Positions 12,190-25,502 of a DNA stretch of 64,000 nucleotides are shown piece after piece; within the stretch, counting starts at the first letter, position 1; every line of letters begins with the position of its first letter. Location of the stretch: positions 13,764,001 to 13,828,000 of the forward strand of contig NC_043014.1 of assembly GCF_006345805.1 (NCBI RefSeq). Direction: 5' to 3'. The notes below the pieces were generated by a model that saw only the letters and a program-made list of their open reading frames with translations, did no database searches and was not told where the DNA came from. A program made the position numbers and the translations under genes. Origin of the DNA: Octopus sinensis. Lineage: Eukaryota.

Positions 12190-12570
12190 TTCTTAACTAC
12201 ATGGTTTTGAGATCCAGCAGCACCTTGGACAAGTGTCTCCCACTATAGCTTTGGGCTGATCATAGCCTTGTGAGTGAGTTGATTTAGTGGACAGAGGTTG
12301 AAGGAGGCCTGTCATGTGTGTGTGTGTGTGTTATCATCACCTTGCCATGACATCACATGATAGTAGTAAGCTAGTGTCACTGTAATGCAAGCAGTGTCCA
12401 ATGCTTACAATCTTCTGTGAAATATGTCTGGCATGGGGAAACATAACTTGCTTGGAAACAAGTGAGGGTTGGAAATAGGAATGGTATGTGGACATTGAAA
12501 ATTTGCCTCTGCAAATTCCATTTGACCAGTGTGGGCCTGGAAAAGTGGATGCGAAAACGACGATGGTGAA
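12190..12570 (+). mobile_element. SINE family A, RTE-type tail
   Basis: Same organisation as 11650-12025. Tail-only copies at about 34825-35060(-) and 63850-63990(+). Confidence 0.75.
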
Positions 12571-12607
12571 AGAGCGAGAGCAACTGAAATGAGTTTCTAA
12601 TTCTTAC

Positions 12608-12884
12608 CTAACAAATGTGTCCATATATTTCCTGTCTCTGTGTGAATTCGAAAGATGGACTTGAAGCAAGCTGCAAAAGAATTTGTGGGTGGCCTGTGCC
12701 CTTTCATAAGGTACTCATTGTCCTTTAGCCAGTCGGGTAGTGACGCATGGTGAGCTACCCGCCAGCCGGCCTCCCAAACTTTATGTACAAACTCCTCAGC
12801 ATGTTCAACTGCTGCTCGACTGGTGGTTGAGATTATTTCTACTTTTGACCGGGGTGGTAACACGTTATCTTGACCTTCATCAAT
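12608..12884 (-). CDS. ADIPOR: Adiponectin receptor coding exon 2
   Basis: ttttcattttag|ATT acceptor. Encodes IDEGQDNVLPP...EEFVHKVWEAGW...LPDWLKDNEYLMKGHRPP...CFKSIFRIHTETGNIWTHLLG, the ADIPOR1/2 signature. Donor G|GTAAGA, phase 1. Confidence 0.97.
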
Positions 12885-12961
12885 CTAAAATGAAAATAAT
12901 CAGTTGTGAAAAGATTTGCATTTACACAAGAAAATTGCAAACAAAATATTAAAGTAAAAAG

Positions 12962-12993
<32 letters not shown>

Positions 12994-14758
12994 TTATATA
13001 TAAAAGTAATTGTTTATAAAAGCCAACATACTAGTAGTACTTTGGAGTAAGGAAAATGCTACAATACTCCATTTAGTAGTTAAGAACATTTTGGCTACAT
13101 TGCATAAATTTTTTTTTTTTTCGGAAAATCCATCCTTATATTACTCACTGTCCTTTTTCAAAACATTCAGAACATTTCATTAGCTGTAGTTCCATTTTCA
13201 ATATAATTGTTACAAAATCTTTAATTGCATTAGAGAAAATTTAGCAGCTACTTTAGTATAAACATATTTTGAACATTACATGTTTGTCCCGATTAGTACT
13301 TTAAAACTTATGCAGTTAGTATGAAGAAGAAAATATATTTCATATATCATTGGCATAGACATAAAACTTCTTACTGACAGATTTTTGTCATTAGTCAACT
13401 CTAATGCTTGACATATGCATACTTTATAAAGAATTACTGCGAAAAGTTTACCCTATTTATAAAGGATAAATACACAGAAGAAAAACTACTCTTGTAGATA
13501 ATCAATAGTTATTCCTAGTAACACCTGACAAAGTGATAAAGCAAGTTAATTTTATGTTAAGAGAGGAGATAGAGAGAGGAGGAAAGCGGAAGAGAAAACT
13601 GGGGATGGAAACAAACATACAAAAATCAAAGAATTACAGTTGAGTAAAATTACAATTGGATTTGGTTATTTGTAGACCATATGACTATGTTCTGTCACAA
13701 AGGACACTGCTGAGAAGTGAAGCCAAAAAGCAAACAGAAATAAGGAAAACTTAAATCCAACTCATCCCAATGTTTTTTTTTTTTTTGGAGAATGAGTTTT
13801 GCAACTCATTGAGAGAACAGAAATGAGTATTGGGGGAAAAAACTAATTACCAAAAAATGATTTAGAAGTATATTAAACATGTAAAGTATTTGATGACCAA
13901 AACCAAAGCTTTATTCCAGTGAATGTAGAATTCATCTGGACTATTTCAACAACTGGAATAGAAATATAATGATGGACTCTCCCGCTGAAGATGACATGTG
14001 AGTTTCAGCTTTTGGTGAATGACCAGCACAAATGATTTGTTTATAATGATCAAATGTATGTGCTGTACATAAGCTCCCTCCATCCATCAAATCAATGTTA
14101 CCTGAACAGGTGCACAGTGTACCACGTATCAGGTGTTCAAGTGATTGAAGAGCAATGTGAGATGAAGTGTTTTGCTCAAGAACACAAAGCACCACCCAGT
14201 CTCGGAATTGAACCACAATCTTGCAATCGTGAGTGCAACACCCTAACCACCATGCCATGTGTTCTCACATAAATATAATAAATAATGAAAAAAGAACTTT
14301 TTGTGTATGTGCCGGTGGCACATAAAAAGCACCATCCTAACGTGGCCAATGCCAGCGCCACCTCGACTGGCTTCTCTGCCGGTGGCACGTAAAAAGCACC
14401 ATCCGAGCATGACCGATGCCAGTGCCGCCCTGACTGACTTCCGTGCCAGTGGCACGTTAAAAGCACCAACCGATCATGGCCGCTGCCAGACTCCCCTGGT
14501 ACTTGTACCGGTGGCACGTAAAAAGCACCCACTACACTCGCGGAGTGGTTGGCGTCCAGCTGTAGAAACACTGCCGGATCAGACTGGAGCCTGGTGCAGC
14601 CTCCTGGCTTCCCAGACCCCAGTCGAACCGTCCAACCCGTGCTAGCGCGGAAAACGGACGTTAAACAATGATGATGATGATCTGTAAATCTTCTTTGTAT
14701 AATAGACAATTTGTCTGCAGCCATTAATGCTCTTGCGTGCAGATGTTTGAACCAAATA

Positions 14759-15656
14759 TTGGGTCGTCAGATAAATTTCTTCATTTCTTTCCAATTTGAA
14801 TTAACACGAAAAATATTTTTAGCATAATCTTTTAGGCTTTTCTTTTTTCTTTTTTTTTGTGGCTTCATTTTTGGTCTACAACTTTTGTTTATTGTTTTTG
14901 AAATTTGAATAAATTTTACCTCTTTTCAAACATATGGTGATGGAGTGCCAAATAGAACAAAAAACCAAAAAAAAAAGAGCATTTTTAATACTCGTGTCTC
15001 TTTGTTTTTAATTAGGGTTCCAAAGCTGTCAAAGCCACTTGAGACATTTGTGCTGTGTACAGAGAAGGTGCTATTACTGAAAGAATTGCACAGAAATAGT
15101 TTTCACACTTGCAGGATGAAAGAATTCAACTTCACTGACTCTTTGTATTTGGTCAACCTGTTCAGTTTAATGAGGAATGATTGAACAAGGTTATCTACAA
15201 GAATCTATGCCAACTCACCAAGGAATTGGTCCAACAGATGGAAAGCTTTCATGATACTGTCACAACCAGCAACACAGCATGCAACTTCAACATGACAATG
15301 TTTGCCCACCCCACATCATTACTTTGGACCAAAAACTCGGTTGGCAAGTTCTACTACCCTCATTGTATTCTCTTGATATAACACCTTCAGATAATCCCTT
15401 TTTCAGTCACCCAGTCACAACAGTCTGCAAAGCATTTCATTCAACGATGATATGGAGCTGAAAACAGAGCTTGAATTCTTTCAGTCAAGGCCCGGTGATT
15501 TCTACTGTCAAGGCACTGACGAGCTAGTGGAACATTGGCAAGATATCATAAACAACAAAGGAGAATATATTATTGATTGATTTATTAAGATTGGCCATGA
15601 AAAATAAGGATTAAAATAAACAAAATAAAAATGAATGAATTTATTTGACAACCCAA
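14759..15656 (+). mobile_element. Internally deleted mariner transposon
   Basis: TA-flanked TIRs (TTGGGTCGTCAGATAAATT / AATTTATTTGACAACCCAA). Remnant HDNVCPPH...LGWQVLLPSLYSLDITPSDNPFF corresponds to the mariner HDNARPH and YSPDLAPSD motifs. Confidence 0.85.
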
Positions 15657-17063
15657 TATCTGGACTGAGGATAATCTATCAATTAAGGTTTCTTCCTCTC
15701 CTTTCCCTCCATCAGTCTCAAAGGCTAGAAAAAAAATTGGCAAGATTGAATGAAACTCATCAGCTTGGATAAACTGCCAACCTCAACAGAGATATTTTGT
15801 CAGTAAGTGTATTGTAGTGTAGGGCCTTGTGGAGGTCAACTCAGCACTGCAAGTTAACAAAACACTTGTTAATTACACAGTGCTCCCACTCCTTGAAACA
15901 GTGAACTCTACCTATTTGAAGAAATATCTACAGGGCTAGGAAAAGATTAGTGTCTTGGTTATGGACACAGTACAGTAGTTACATAGCTATATGAACCATC
16001 AACTGTCTAATAATCAAATATTTTATTGAATCAGCTGGTGGTGACGATTTTCTCCAAAATAATTATTTTACACGGAGTAAAACTAGCCCCACTTAAAAAG
16101 AAGAAAAAAAAAAACTTTATTTTAATTTCTTTTCGTTTTAATCTTTTAAATTACAACTCACTAATTTTCTTAACTTATTTCCATTTGGTACTAATTTATA
16201 ACAAAAACCTGTCATTTAAAAACATCCTGCTGTATAAAAGCAATCAGTAAGCAAATCGGAGATCAGTGTTAAGATCAAGACAAACTACTCTCCCACAATT
16301 AGCTCACCCACCACCACTCAATATCTGTAGGTGAAAAGATGCACGTTTACCAGCATTCAATAGATCAAAGACCATATTTCTTAGAAAAGTTCACTTAGCA
16401 AGACATTCCAAACACTATTTAATGACAAGCCCATGCAGTGACACTAAGATAGCTGGGTGTTGTATCATATTTCCAATGAGCATGTAAGTAAATAAAGCAA
16501 AGAAAAATAATAATGATAAAAAAAAAAAAAGGAATTTGCCATAATCTTAAAATCAGGACATAATGTAAAAGAATAATTCCTTCTCCAAACATCAGCAGCT
16601 AGTTGGTCCTTATTCAAGGATTGCAATTCAACACATAGCAAACAATAATAATAATTTCTCAGTCACAAAGGCTACAAATTTAGCAGTGAGGAAGCAGTTG
16701 CTAATTTCAACCCTAGTACTTTACTGGTACTAGTACTAATTCATCAGCCCCAATGGGATGAAAGGCAAAGCAAACTCTGGCATGATTTGAACTCAGAATG
16801 TAAAAGGCTTCAAACAGATACTGCAAGGTATGTTCCAATACTCTACTAAGTCTGCCATCCATTGCCTCATATTAATAATAATAATAAAAAAAAAGAGAAA
16901 ATATGCAACAGACTTCCAACAAGAAACAAAATTACACTGGTTTGTTTCTACATTGTTAGATATGAGGCAATTTAATAACAGATTTATTATTATTGTTATT
17001 ATTATTATTATTATTATTGCCAGTGGTGGCTTCACACTATAAGAATGTTGTATATAGAAACAA

Positions 17064-17093
<30 letters not shown>

Positions 17094-17094
<1 letters not shown>

Positions 17095-17457
17095 AACAAT
17101 TGCAGCGTGGAAGGTGTTTATAAGCCATTTAAGAAACACACAAACAATTGATTCTCTTCAACATTTAAATTTAATTTGTCAAAATATTTTCGTCGCTTTG
17201 AGACTACAACCTGTTCACTGACAAAATTATGTGCTGCATCTCAGACATGCAGAGATGCAGCACAGAATTTTGTCAGTGAACAGTTCGCGGTCTCAAAGCG
17301 ACAAAAATATTTTGACAAATTAAATTTAGATATTGAAGTGAATCTAACGGTTTTTGTGTGTTTCATAAATGGCTTATAAACACCTTCCATGCTGCAATTG
17401 TTTTCGCTCCAGCACACAATCTCAGATCAGATCACTTGCTATGCAAGTACATCTCCG

Positions 17458-17460
<3 letters not shown>
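17094..17460. mobile_element. Palindromic Penelope-like terminal-repeat element, family P1, inserted in (TA)n
   Basis: Inverted arms 17094-17242 and 17252-17404 around a 9-nt loop; same family as 50081-50561; hammerhead-like motif in each arm. Confidence 0.65.
17175..17225 (-). ncRNA. Putative minimal type I hammerhead ribozyme, G3:C8 core variant (mirror copy at 17270-17318, +)
   Basis: UUUGUCA-GUGAACA-G-GUUGU-loop-GCGAC-GAAA-AUAU-UU|UGACAAA: 7-bp helix I, 5-bp helix II, palindromic AAUAUU helix III. Confidence 0.5.
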
Positions 17461-17506
<46 letters not shown>

Positions 17507-19104
17507 CACACTTTTGTTCTGACAAATCAAATTAGCAATCAGTTGAAGCTCTAACTGAAAAGAACTCAATAAAGCACAACATTGACATTAAAAATAATAA
17601 TAATAATAATAATAACAACAATAATTATAAATAAATAGATAAAACTTCAAAACATACTTTTACCAGAAAGAAAACAGAAAATTCTAAAACCTGAAAACCA
17701 AATATAATACATAAAATCTGATCTAATTTTGAGGTTAAAAAACATAAGAAATAAGTAGCTGCAGGAGCGCTCTAGATGAGGATTAGTAAGGATTAGTGAT
17801 GCAAAAAACTTAAATAAAAACATGAGTTAGTAGACACAAGAAGAACAAGGAGGAATGTTAAAAATAATAATAAAACGAAAAAAAGGCAGTGTTTTAGAAT
17901 TCTTAAAAGAGAGTTATTGTTATATGAATAAGCAAAAGTTCAATGACCGAGAGAGAGTTTACCGATTTTGATTTTCTTTTATTAGCAAAAGGATTCATCA
18001 AATAAGTCTTTCGCCAGCCAAAACAGGATTCCTAAAGAATGGGAAAATGGAGGGGGAAAAAGTAATAAAAGAATAAACAGATATTTTGTTGATGTCATCC
18101 AAGTTTTTGATTTAGTCGATAATAAACACAAGTTAAAATTTTTTTAATTAAAACAGTTCTTTCAAATGGGTAATATATATATAAAAAAAAAAAAAAAAGG
18201 TAATTTTTGTAAATGTTTCAAATACAAGTTTTCCAACTTAACATGCTAGATAATTAAATTGTATTTCTTTGGTCTACCTTAAGTCAGAGAATTAGCTCTA
18301 CGACTGAAGTTGACTAAGCTTCAACAACAATAAACATGTTTTTATGTAAGTCAAATTCTGGAGTAAGCTTGCATTGTAGTCACTCAACCTTCCCAAACAA
18401 CTAAATCTCACCAAACTCCTTGTTGTTTTCTAAATTAGAACCAAAATTCTCAATCGCAAGACAGAATGCATTACAATAAGTAAGGATTGAAACTGACAAA
18501 GGAGTTTCTACATGACCACTAGGCAAGCTAAAAATAGCAGCCAAATCTTCTTCAAATCACATGATGCCATCTTAAATCAGTGCAAAAGACACAGCAGATA
18601 ATGCAGTCCTACACATTCTAAAAAGATGGGATGATCACAACTGAGACACCTTTGATGACTGGTGAACTGGATCAGAATTGATTTGGGATTAACGCTTTAA
18701 GCATCCAGATTTCTCTGTCAAATGTTTTGAATTTAACCCTTTAGCATTCAGACTTCTTTGTCAAATGTATTGCTTATTCATTCACATTGTTTTCAATTGA
18801 TTACAGATTATCTTGTAGTCCCAAGATTTCAACGATATGTTTGTATGTTTTTAAAATGACATTGTAGGGGAGACGAGCGAGAGGTTGGATTTGGTCGGTT
18901 TTAAGATAAAACTCCGTGGAATATTTGGGCCAGATATGGCCGGTTTAAATGCTAAAGGGTTAAACAACAGCCATAAAGAATGGCAACACTTATTACCAAT
19001 TGAATAATATGCTTCAACTCAAATTGACAAAAAAAAAATCCTATAAGAATGACATATCTGGGCTGTTTAACCTACAGGCTCCTCTTAAGTTAGGGAGTAT
19101 TCTA

Positions 19105-19245
19105 TAAGGTTGTCCCAAAAGTTTGTAGAAAGTCTTGGAAAATAATGGTCTTTATTTTGAGGAATAATTTTTGTTGTTTTTGTTAGTACTTGGCGAGTAA
19201 AAATTCAATTTTCGCAAGTGTTTACGAACTTTTGGGACAACCTAA
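19105..19245. mobile_element. Mariner-type MITE (141 bp)
   Basis: TA TSD; TIR AGGTTGTCCCAAAAGTTTGTA / TACGAACTTTTGGGACAACCT. Confidence 0.85.
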
Positions 19246-19345
19246 TATTTTAGCAAGAACAAAATTTTCATTCAGTTCTCCTGTCCCCAAGAATCTCTGA
19301 TGATAGGGAGTTAGGATTCTAATTTCCCATCCTCACCATGTTTAA

Positions 19346-19566
19346 CCCTTTCGTTACTGTATTTATTTTGAGATGATCTGTGTTTCTCCCAATTATTTTA
19401 AATATAACAAAGAATTTAGTAAAATAACTTAGTTATCATTATGCTAGTGTTAGGAACAGTATTTGTGACTAAGGTTTGGTGGAAGATGTAAATTAAAAAC
19501 TTATGAAAACAAGACATTTGTACTACAGAGCCAGAGCCGGTTTCAGCCGGGTTGGTAACGAAAGGG
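19346..19566. mobile_element. piggyBac-like MITE family 2
   Basis: TTAA-CCCTTTCGTTAC ... GTAACGAAAGGG-TTAA. Confidence 0.85.
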
Positions 19567-21664
19567 TTAAGGCTTATTTTAAACTTATCTCTCTTTCTGA
19601 TTTTGTTATGTAGAAATAAAGTAAAACTCAAAATCCAAAGAGACTGGTAATGATCTGTGTCAAAAACAATTCACAAAAAAATATGTGTATATATATCTAT
19701 GTGTGTGTGTCTTTGTAGCCCCCCCCCCATTCTTGTTTGACAACTGGTCAAATGAATGAAACAAACAAGAGGTAAAAAACACAATGTTCATAGAAGTGTC
19801 TTGCTAAATTCAATTGTCAAGAGGAACAGAGAATAACATTTCAAGCTCTTGCCCTCCATTAAACTACCAGCTAGCTCTCAGTATATGACCTTGTTACAGC
19901 AATCCTAAATGATTTAATAACTTCCATCTCTAATTTAATTACATATAAATGATATGACCAGGCAACTGATGTACAATCCCCAGTGTTGTGTGTATGAGTG
20001 TAATTATAGGGACCAAGTTGTGCAAGGATATGTGCACAAAACCATAACAGTATATTCAGTGCACTTGTATTTGCAGTAATTGCATGTGGGTGTATAAAGC
20101 ATCTAAGCACTGACATTGGCATCATATAAGATCTTCACGTCTATGGTTTATAGATCAGCTCCCAGCATGATCACAGTTCAATGAGTGAAACTTGTAAAAG
20201 AATATGTGTATATCTGTATTTGCTCCATATATCCCTATTGGTCCAGATTCCTTTTCAATATCTCAACTGCTTCAGATTGTTATCAAATCAAACATTAATT
20301 TCATGTGTGTGTGATCAACATGTAATGAATAAATCAAAATCCATAATCTAGACCTGACCAGTATAATAACAAATAGCTAATAAAACTTATTAAAATATAT
20401 ATCATATTTACTTGTATAGAAGTCTCACCCCTAATTTAATGCTAAATCTTGGTACAAAATTTTTTTCTCTTCATATTTGAACAGGATATCAGCTTTACTG
20501 TGTATAAGATACATCCCAGTTTTTACAATTAAAATCAAGTATAAAATCAAGCAACTTACACATAAATACAGTATTTATAAGAAAACTAAGAGACAAAAAT
20601 GACATTGAATTGAGCAATCTGTTATATATACAGAACTGCAGAATGTAAGCCCTAAGGAAGTGTAAGGAGGATCTGTGAATCCTTTCTCATATGCCAGTCA
20701 TAGCGATGTCATCCAGAATTATGAATAATAACTTTAACATAGGTACAAGCCCAGAAATTTGAGCAGCAGAGAGGGAAACAATTGATTACAACAACCCTGA
20801 TACTTTATTTTATTGATTAATAATAGTAATTAAAAGAACTCTTTTTATTTGAAAATTTATTATGGTTTGCAGCAGTTAATGTGCCATGTAGGTTTGGAAA
20901 GGAAGAATTTTGAAAAACCCAGGAAAATTCTTGGAATTGTCACAGCCTAGAGAGCAAAAATATAGTGGAAAGTAAAAACAAAAAAAAAAAGGAACCAAAC
21001 ATGGTAAAAATAGCTTTGATATTCTAGAGAATCTTTGATTACTTTGTTTCTGTTACATGGAATGTATGTGCAAATCCTTTAGATTGCATTTGCTTTTTAT
21101 GTCATTGAATCTTAGCTAAGAAAGGAACAGTTATTCTTTGGTAAGTGATGATTATTAGTTTTGGTCTCAGTAGAAATAAACACACATTTGAAGTTAAAAG
21201 TTAATATGGAGGTAGCTTTAGAAAAAGAGTTATTTAAAGAAAATACCAAAATTTAACAATGTGGTAAAAAGAAAAAGAAAACAAAATGATATCAGCTAAA
21301 TGATGGTTGATATTTTCATGAAAGATCAGGTCAATATCCACTTCTAGAAATCAAAAACTCTATTGCTCAATGATTGATTAGAAAGGCGATATAAAGACTG
21401 CAGAGATTTCATTAGCTTTTGAAAACAATTCAAAGTTTTTGATTAGTATATCACTTGAGGGAGTTTACTTTCAAGGTTTGTGTGTATGGTATTAATGGTT
21501 AAACCACTTTAATCAAATTGCATTAGTATTATTTTATGTTTCAGAGACATTTTATTTACATTAAAACGTTTTTCTTTCTTTTTTTCCTTTTAAATAATTA
21601 TCAGAAAGTGTTACTAAAATGTTCAGATAAACAAAAACTGTAGAGGTGTACCAGCTACACGTTT

Positions 21665-24450
21665 CCTTTCATCATTTATGTCTGCTTTTCCATGTTTGCA
21701 TGGGTTTCTTCAACCAGTCTTGCTAATTGTTATGCTTTTTCATCTTCATGAAACTCAAACTCCAAAGATCAGCTTTCATTACTTCCCACTTTCACAGATT
21801 CCTTCTACTTGGATTGCTTGGTACTTTTTGAAAAATTTATTTTTTACCCAACTGTTATCCTCCAAACAAATCACATGTTGGTATCAGTACAGTCTTCTCT
21901 CTTGCATGTTACATCTGATTCCATTTACACCAAATTTTTTCCTCTCAGCTTACTTGTGCTACATCATACACACCGACGAACATTATACATCCACCCAAGA
22001 CAGCAGTCTCAATTTCTTCACACATCTGCATTCAATGCTTACATTTTGTTACCATGTAACGTTGCATTTTTCACACAAGTTATCAAACAATTTTGGTGAC
22101 ACATTCCTCTTCTTGCCAGCAGAGATGATAGCTTCCTTATGTTCTACTAACATATTCTTACACTAGGTACTGTACATCCAGAAAAGTCCCTCCTTTGCTA
22201 ATTGGGTCACAGAACCAGAAACTATCAATTACTTTTAAGGAGAGTTCAAAATATTTGAAAGAATATATTTCATAGATGCTCTGACTACTAAGCACTTCTG
22301 TTCATCTAGTGTATACAAAGCCCTAGTTGCCTGTCACCCAGCAATCTCACTGCATCTCTTGTCCAAATGTGCATTTGGTACACAGTAGATAGCCCCTTCC
22401 TACATCTTTTCTGCATATTAAGCATGGCTACATTCCTGATGGTAGTTATGTTGTGTCTTTTTGTTAACTAAGACTTTTCTCTTTCTCGAGTTCACTTGAG
22501 GCCTCTTGTTTCTGGACATGGCATCTAAGTTTGCAATTTCTTCACAAATTCTTCAACAGATTCAATCACTAGTCAGTCAGCAGTCAATTTTAAATTCTTC
22601 TGTCATAGTCAAGAAAATGAAGAAGTGGAAACTGAAAAGTGAACCTAAATGGACACCTGCTTGTATGCTAAATTCTTCATTGAAGTCATTGCTAACTCAT
22701 ATTGGTGATAGCATCTATGTACACACATTGCAAGGCTCTCACAAGCCTTTCTTCTACACCATCGGACTATCAAAGGCCTTCTCCAAGTCAACAAATGCCG
22801 AGATTAGTCTCTCATTAGAAAGAGTATATCAGTGATATTCTGTCCTGGCACAAACCTGAATTGGTTGTCTATCCTATTTCCTGGTGAGTATGAAGTCTAT
22901 ATCGTTTGGTGGTTTGTGTGTTTACCTGACTGGTGGGTACTCAGGTACATAACCAGTTTCCTGAAGTTAGTGTTAGGTCATTTGTGTCAAAGATATCCCA
23001 AAGCTTTAATTCCTCCTCATTCTTTGTACCATATCCTTGGTCTCTATGTATGCTGGAGTAGCCATCATAGTGTTGTCCAACAAATTCATTAAAGTCACAA
23101 TAATGAGGTAACTGTCATTTGTTGAGATAATCTGCAAGGGAGCCTCATATAAACAGTCCTATTACTTATGGCAGTTCTGATTGTGATGAATATGCAGGAA
23201 TAACAGTTACTGTCATGGAAGCTGTGTCTCAGCTTATTCATTGACACATACTCTAACTACCTTAATTACTTTATCCATGGCTGCTCCAATCACTTTAGTG
23301 TTGTTTCCCCAACAAGAAGAATTTGTACATGAATTTCTTGTTCATGGGGGTCTGACTTCCCTTCCATTTCACAGGGGTGAAATGGAGGGGAAGTCTACTA
23401 GTCTCTGTTCTAGCATCTCTACAATCTCTGCAGACCTACCTTTCATCATACCAACATTGATGATGGCAACCCTGAAGTTTTGTACCTGACAGGAAGAAAG
23501 AAGTTTCTAGAGGTGACTGGATTGTGTTTGATGTGTTTTGTCTCTGAAAGGAAGAGAGTTGGTGTGATATTTTGATGACAGTCAAGCAGCTCTTGAACAT
23601 GACCAGACATTCCCCCTGACAACCTCTCTACTTTCTAAGTATCGGTCCTTTACACACAATTAGGGTTTATCTTGGCTGGACACTCTTCCGGTTACTAACC
23701 ACTTCAGAGAATGGACTGGAAACATCTACACCAGTGCTTTTCAAACTTTTTGCTGGAGCGGAACCCCAAGGAAACATTCCACTGGCTCGAGGAACCCCTG
23801 TGCAATAATTTAATAGTCTTATACACACATATCTGCACAGGAGATTTAAAAATTACTGCCGATTTTAGCATTTTTGTAACTTCTTGCAGAACCCCTGGAC
23901 TGTACTAGCGGAACCCTGGTTGAAAACCACTGATCTACACTATAGAGGTCATTTGTTAGGACTAAAGCTTCCCTGCTGCTCCATGTCAACATTTCTGCTC
24001 TTTTAGATGGTTGTTGCAATCAAAAGTATGCCTTCATCAATGTATTGACTAGTTACTTCTTACAAGTATATTTTTTCATGGTTTTAAGGTGCATCAAAAT
24101 GCAGCAAGTCATGACACAGCTGCAAAATTACTTGGAGATTCCAAAACTCTCAACAGCTGAGTCTACCTTGTTGCACATAGGCACCATAAATATTTTACTG
24201 AATTAAATCAGTTTAAAAAGATACATTTAATCTCCTTGCTCTTCCTTTTATCACCCATATTGTGTCTAACCCTTCCAGGCTCAACACTAACCCCTGCATT
24301 TAACCCTTCTCTACCAAGGACACCAGTCACTTGTTCCATCCACTGTTTTTTTCCTGCAGGTGTCAACTTGCAATTCTTCAAGAACATCAACTGCATTGAC
24401 CTCACAAATAGTAGAGGGTCTGTCAAGGCCATGGATATAGCTTCACCCAC
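21665..24450 (-). mobile_element. Old, degenerate RTE-clade LINE
   Basis: Minus-strand AFVDLEKAFD near 22770-22800, QFRFVPG near 22850 and an RTE-type 3' end near 21665; many stops. Confidence 0.65.
23732..23932. mobile_element. hAT (Charlie-like) MITE nested in the RTE LINE
   Basis: TIR CAGTGCTTTTCAA / TTGAAAACCACTG; perfect 8-bp TSD ATCTACAC (23724-23731, 23933-23940). Confidence 0.92.
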
Positions 24451-25502
24451 CACAAAATCATTACAAAGACAACAAAAAAGCTAACACTACACAAAGCAAT
24501 CTATTTGATGTAAAAATATACTTAGGAGACCTAATTTTATAACCACTTTATAAGAATTCTTTGAGCTAAACAAGAATGACATAAAGAGGCTTCAGTTCTG
24601 CTCAACTGAATAATTTACAGCATTAGAAAGTAAAGAGATGAACTTTACTTACTGTCCATAATTAAACCAAACGATTCTTTAGTGCTAAGTCACATTAGTG
24701 TCGACAACCAGATTGACTGAGGTATACATGTCAAAACTGATTTTCTCTTAGATTAACAGGGCCCATTATAATTAATGGTAATTAGTATTACATGTACCAT
24801 GTACTAGAGACTGAATAAAGAAACAGGGACACTAATAGGTCATAACCCACATATTTAACACTTGCTGCATGACCATGCAACCGAGTATACCATAGAGTAC
24901 CTGCCTAGACCTTTTTGACATAATTTACATTAAAATTTTAGCATATATCAATACACTATAATTATTTTTAAGTCCTTAATTATTTCATTATTTTGATAAA
25001 TTCACTAAGCTGAAAAGTTTACCTCATATGTGTATTTGAGTGTTTTCTTTGAAACAAAAAGCTAATCAGCCGTTAACAATATCAGGTTTCTAATTAACAC
25101 AATACTTGGAAATTAATGTCTTCCGTAGTGTTTTTACTGATTAAAGAGACATATTTTTCTCTCATTTCATTGAAAACAATCATTTACAGAACAACAATTC
25201 TAAGCTATTTATTGAATCTAGAGAGAAATGGAGAAAAAAAAAAATAACTTGAATTGTCATCTAATAAGATCAAATCTAACATTGTTTCTTTGGAGTCCCA
25301 TGCTGTATAACAAAGTTAAAATATATCAAAGGTTATTTTTCAGTATGTTTTAAGATTATTGTATTATTTAATATTTAATTGAAAACATAAAAATACAAAT
25401 ATATAAAAATAAAAAAAATCATTTGTTTAGGTTATTTTTACAGCTTTCTCTGCAAATATGTGCAAAAGAAAAGAAAAAAAGAGCCAAGTGAAACAGACTT
25501 AC

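Noticed and set aside
8775-12570. tRNA genes suggested by A-box and B-box motifs
   Set aside because: These are SINE heads; they do not fold into cloverleaves and run on into SINE bodies.
14288-14540. CRISPR-like array of ~25-bp repeats with ~40-bp spacers
   Set aside because: The spacers are homologous to each other and recur in other RTE 3' UTR copies; eukaryotic context; no cas genes.
21678-23489. Plus-strand ORFs of 80-160 aa
   Set aside because: They are antisense frames of the degenerate minus-strand RTE.
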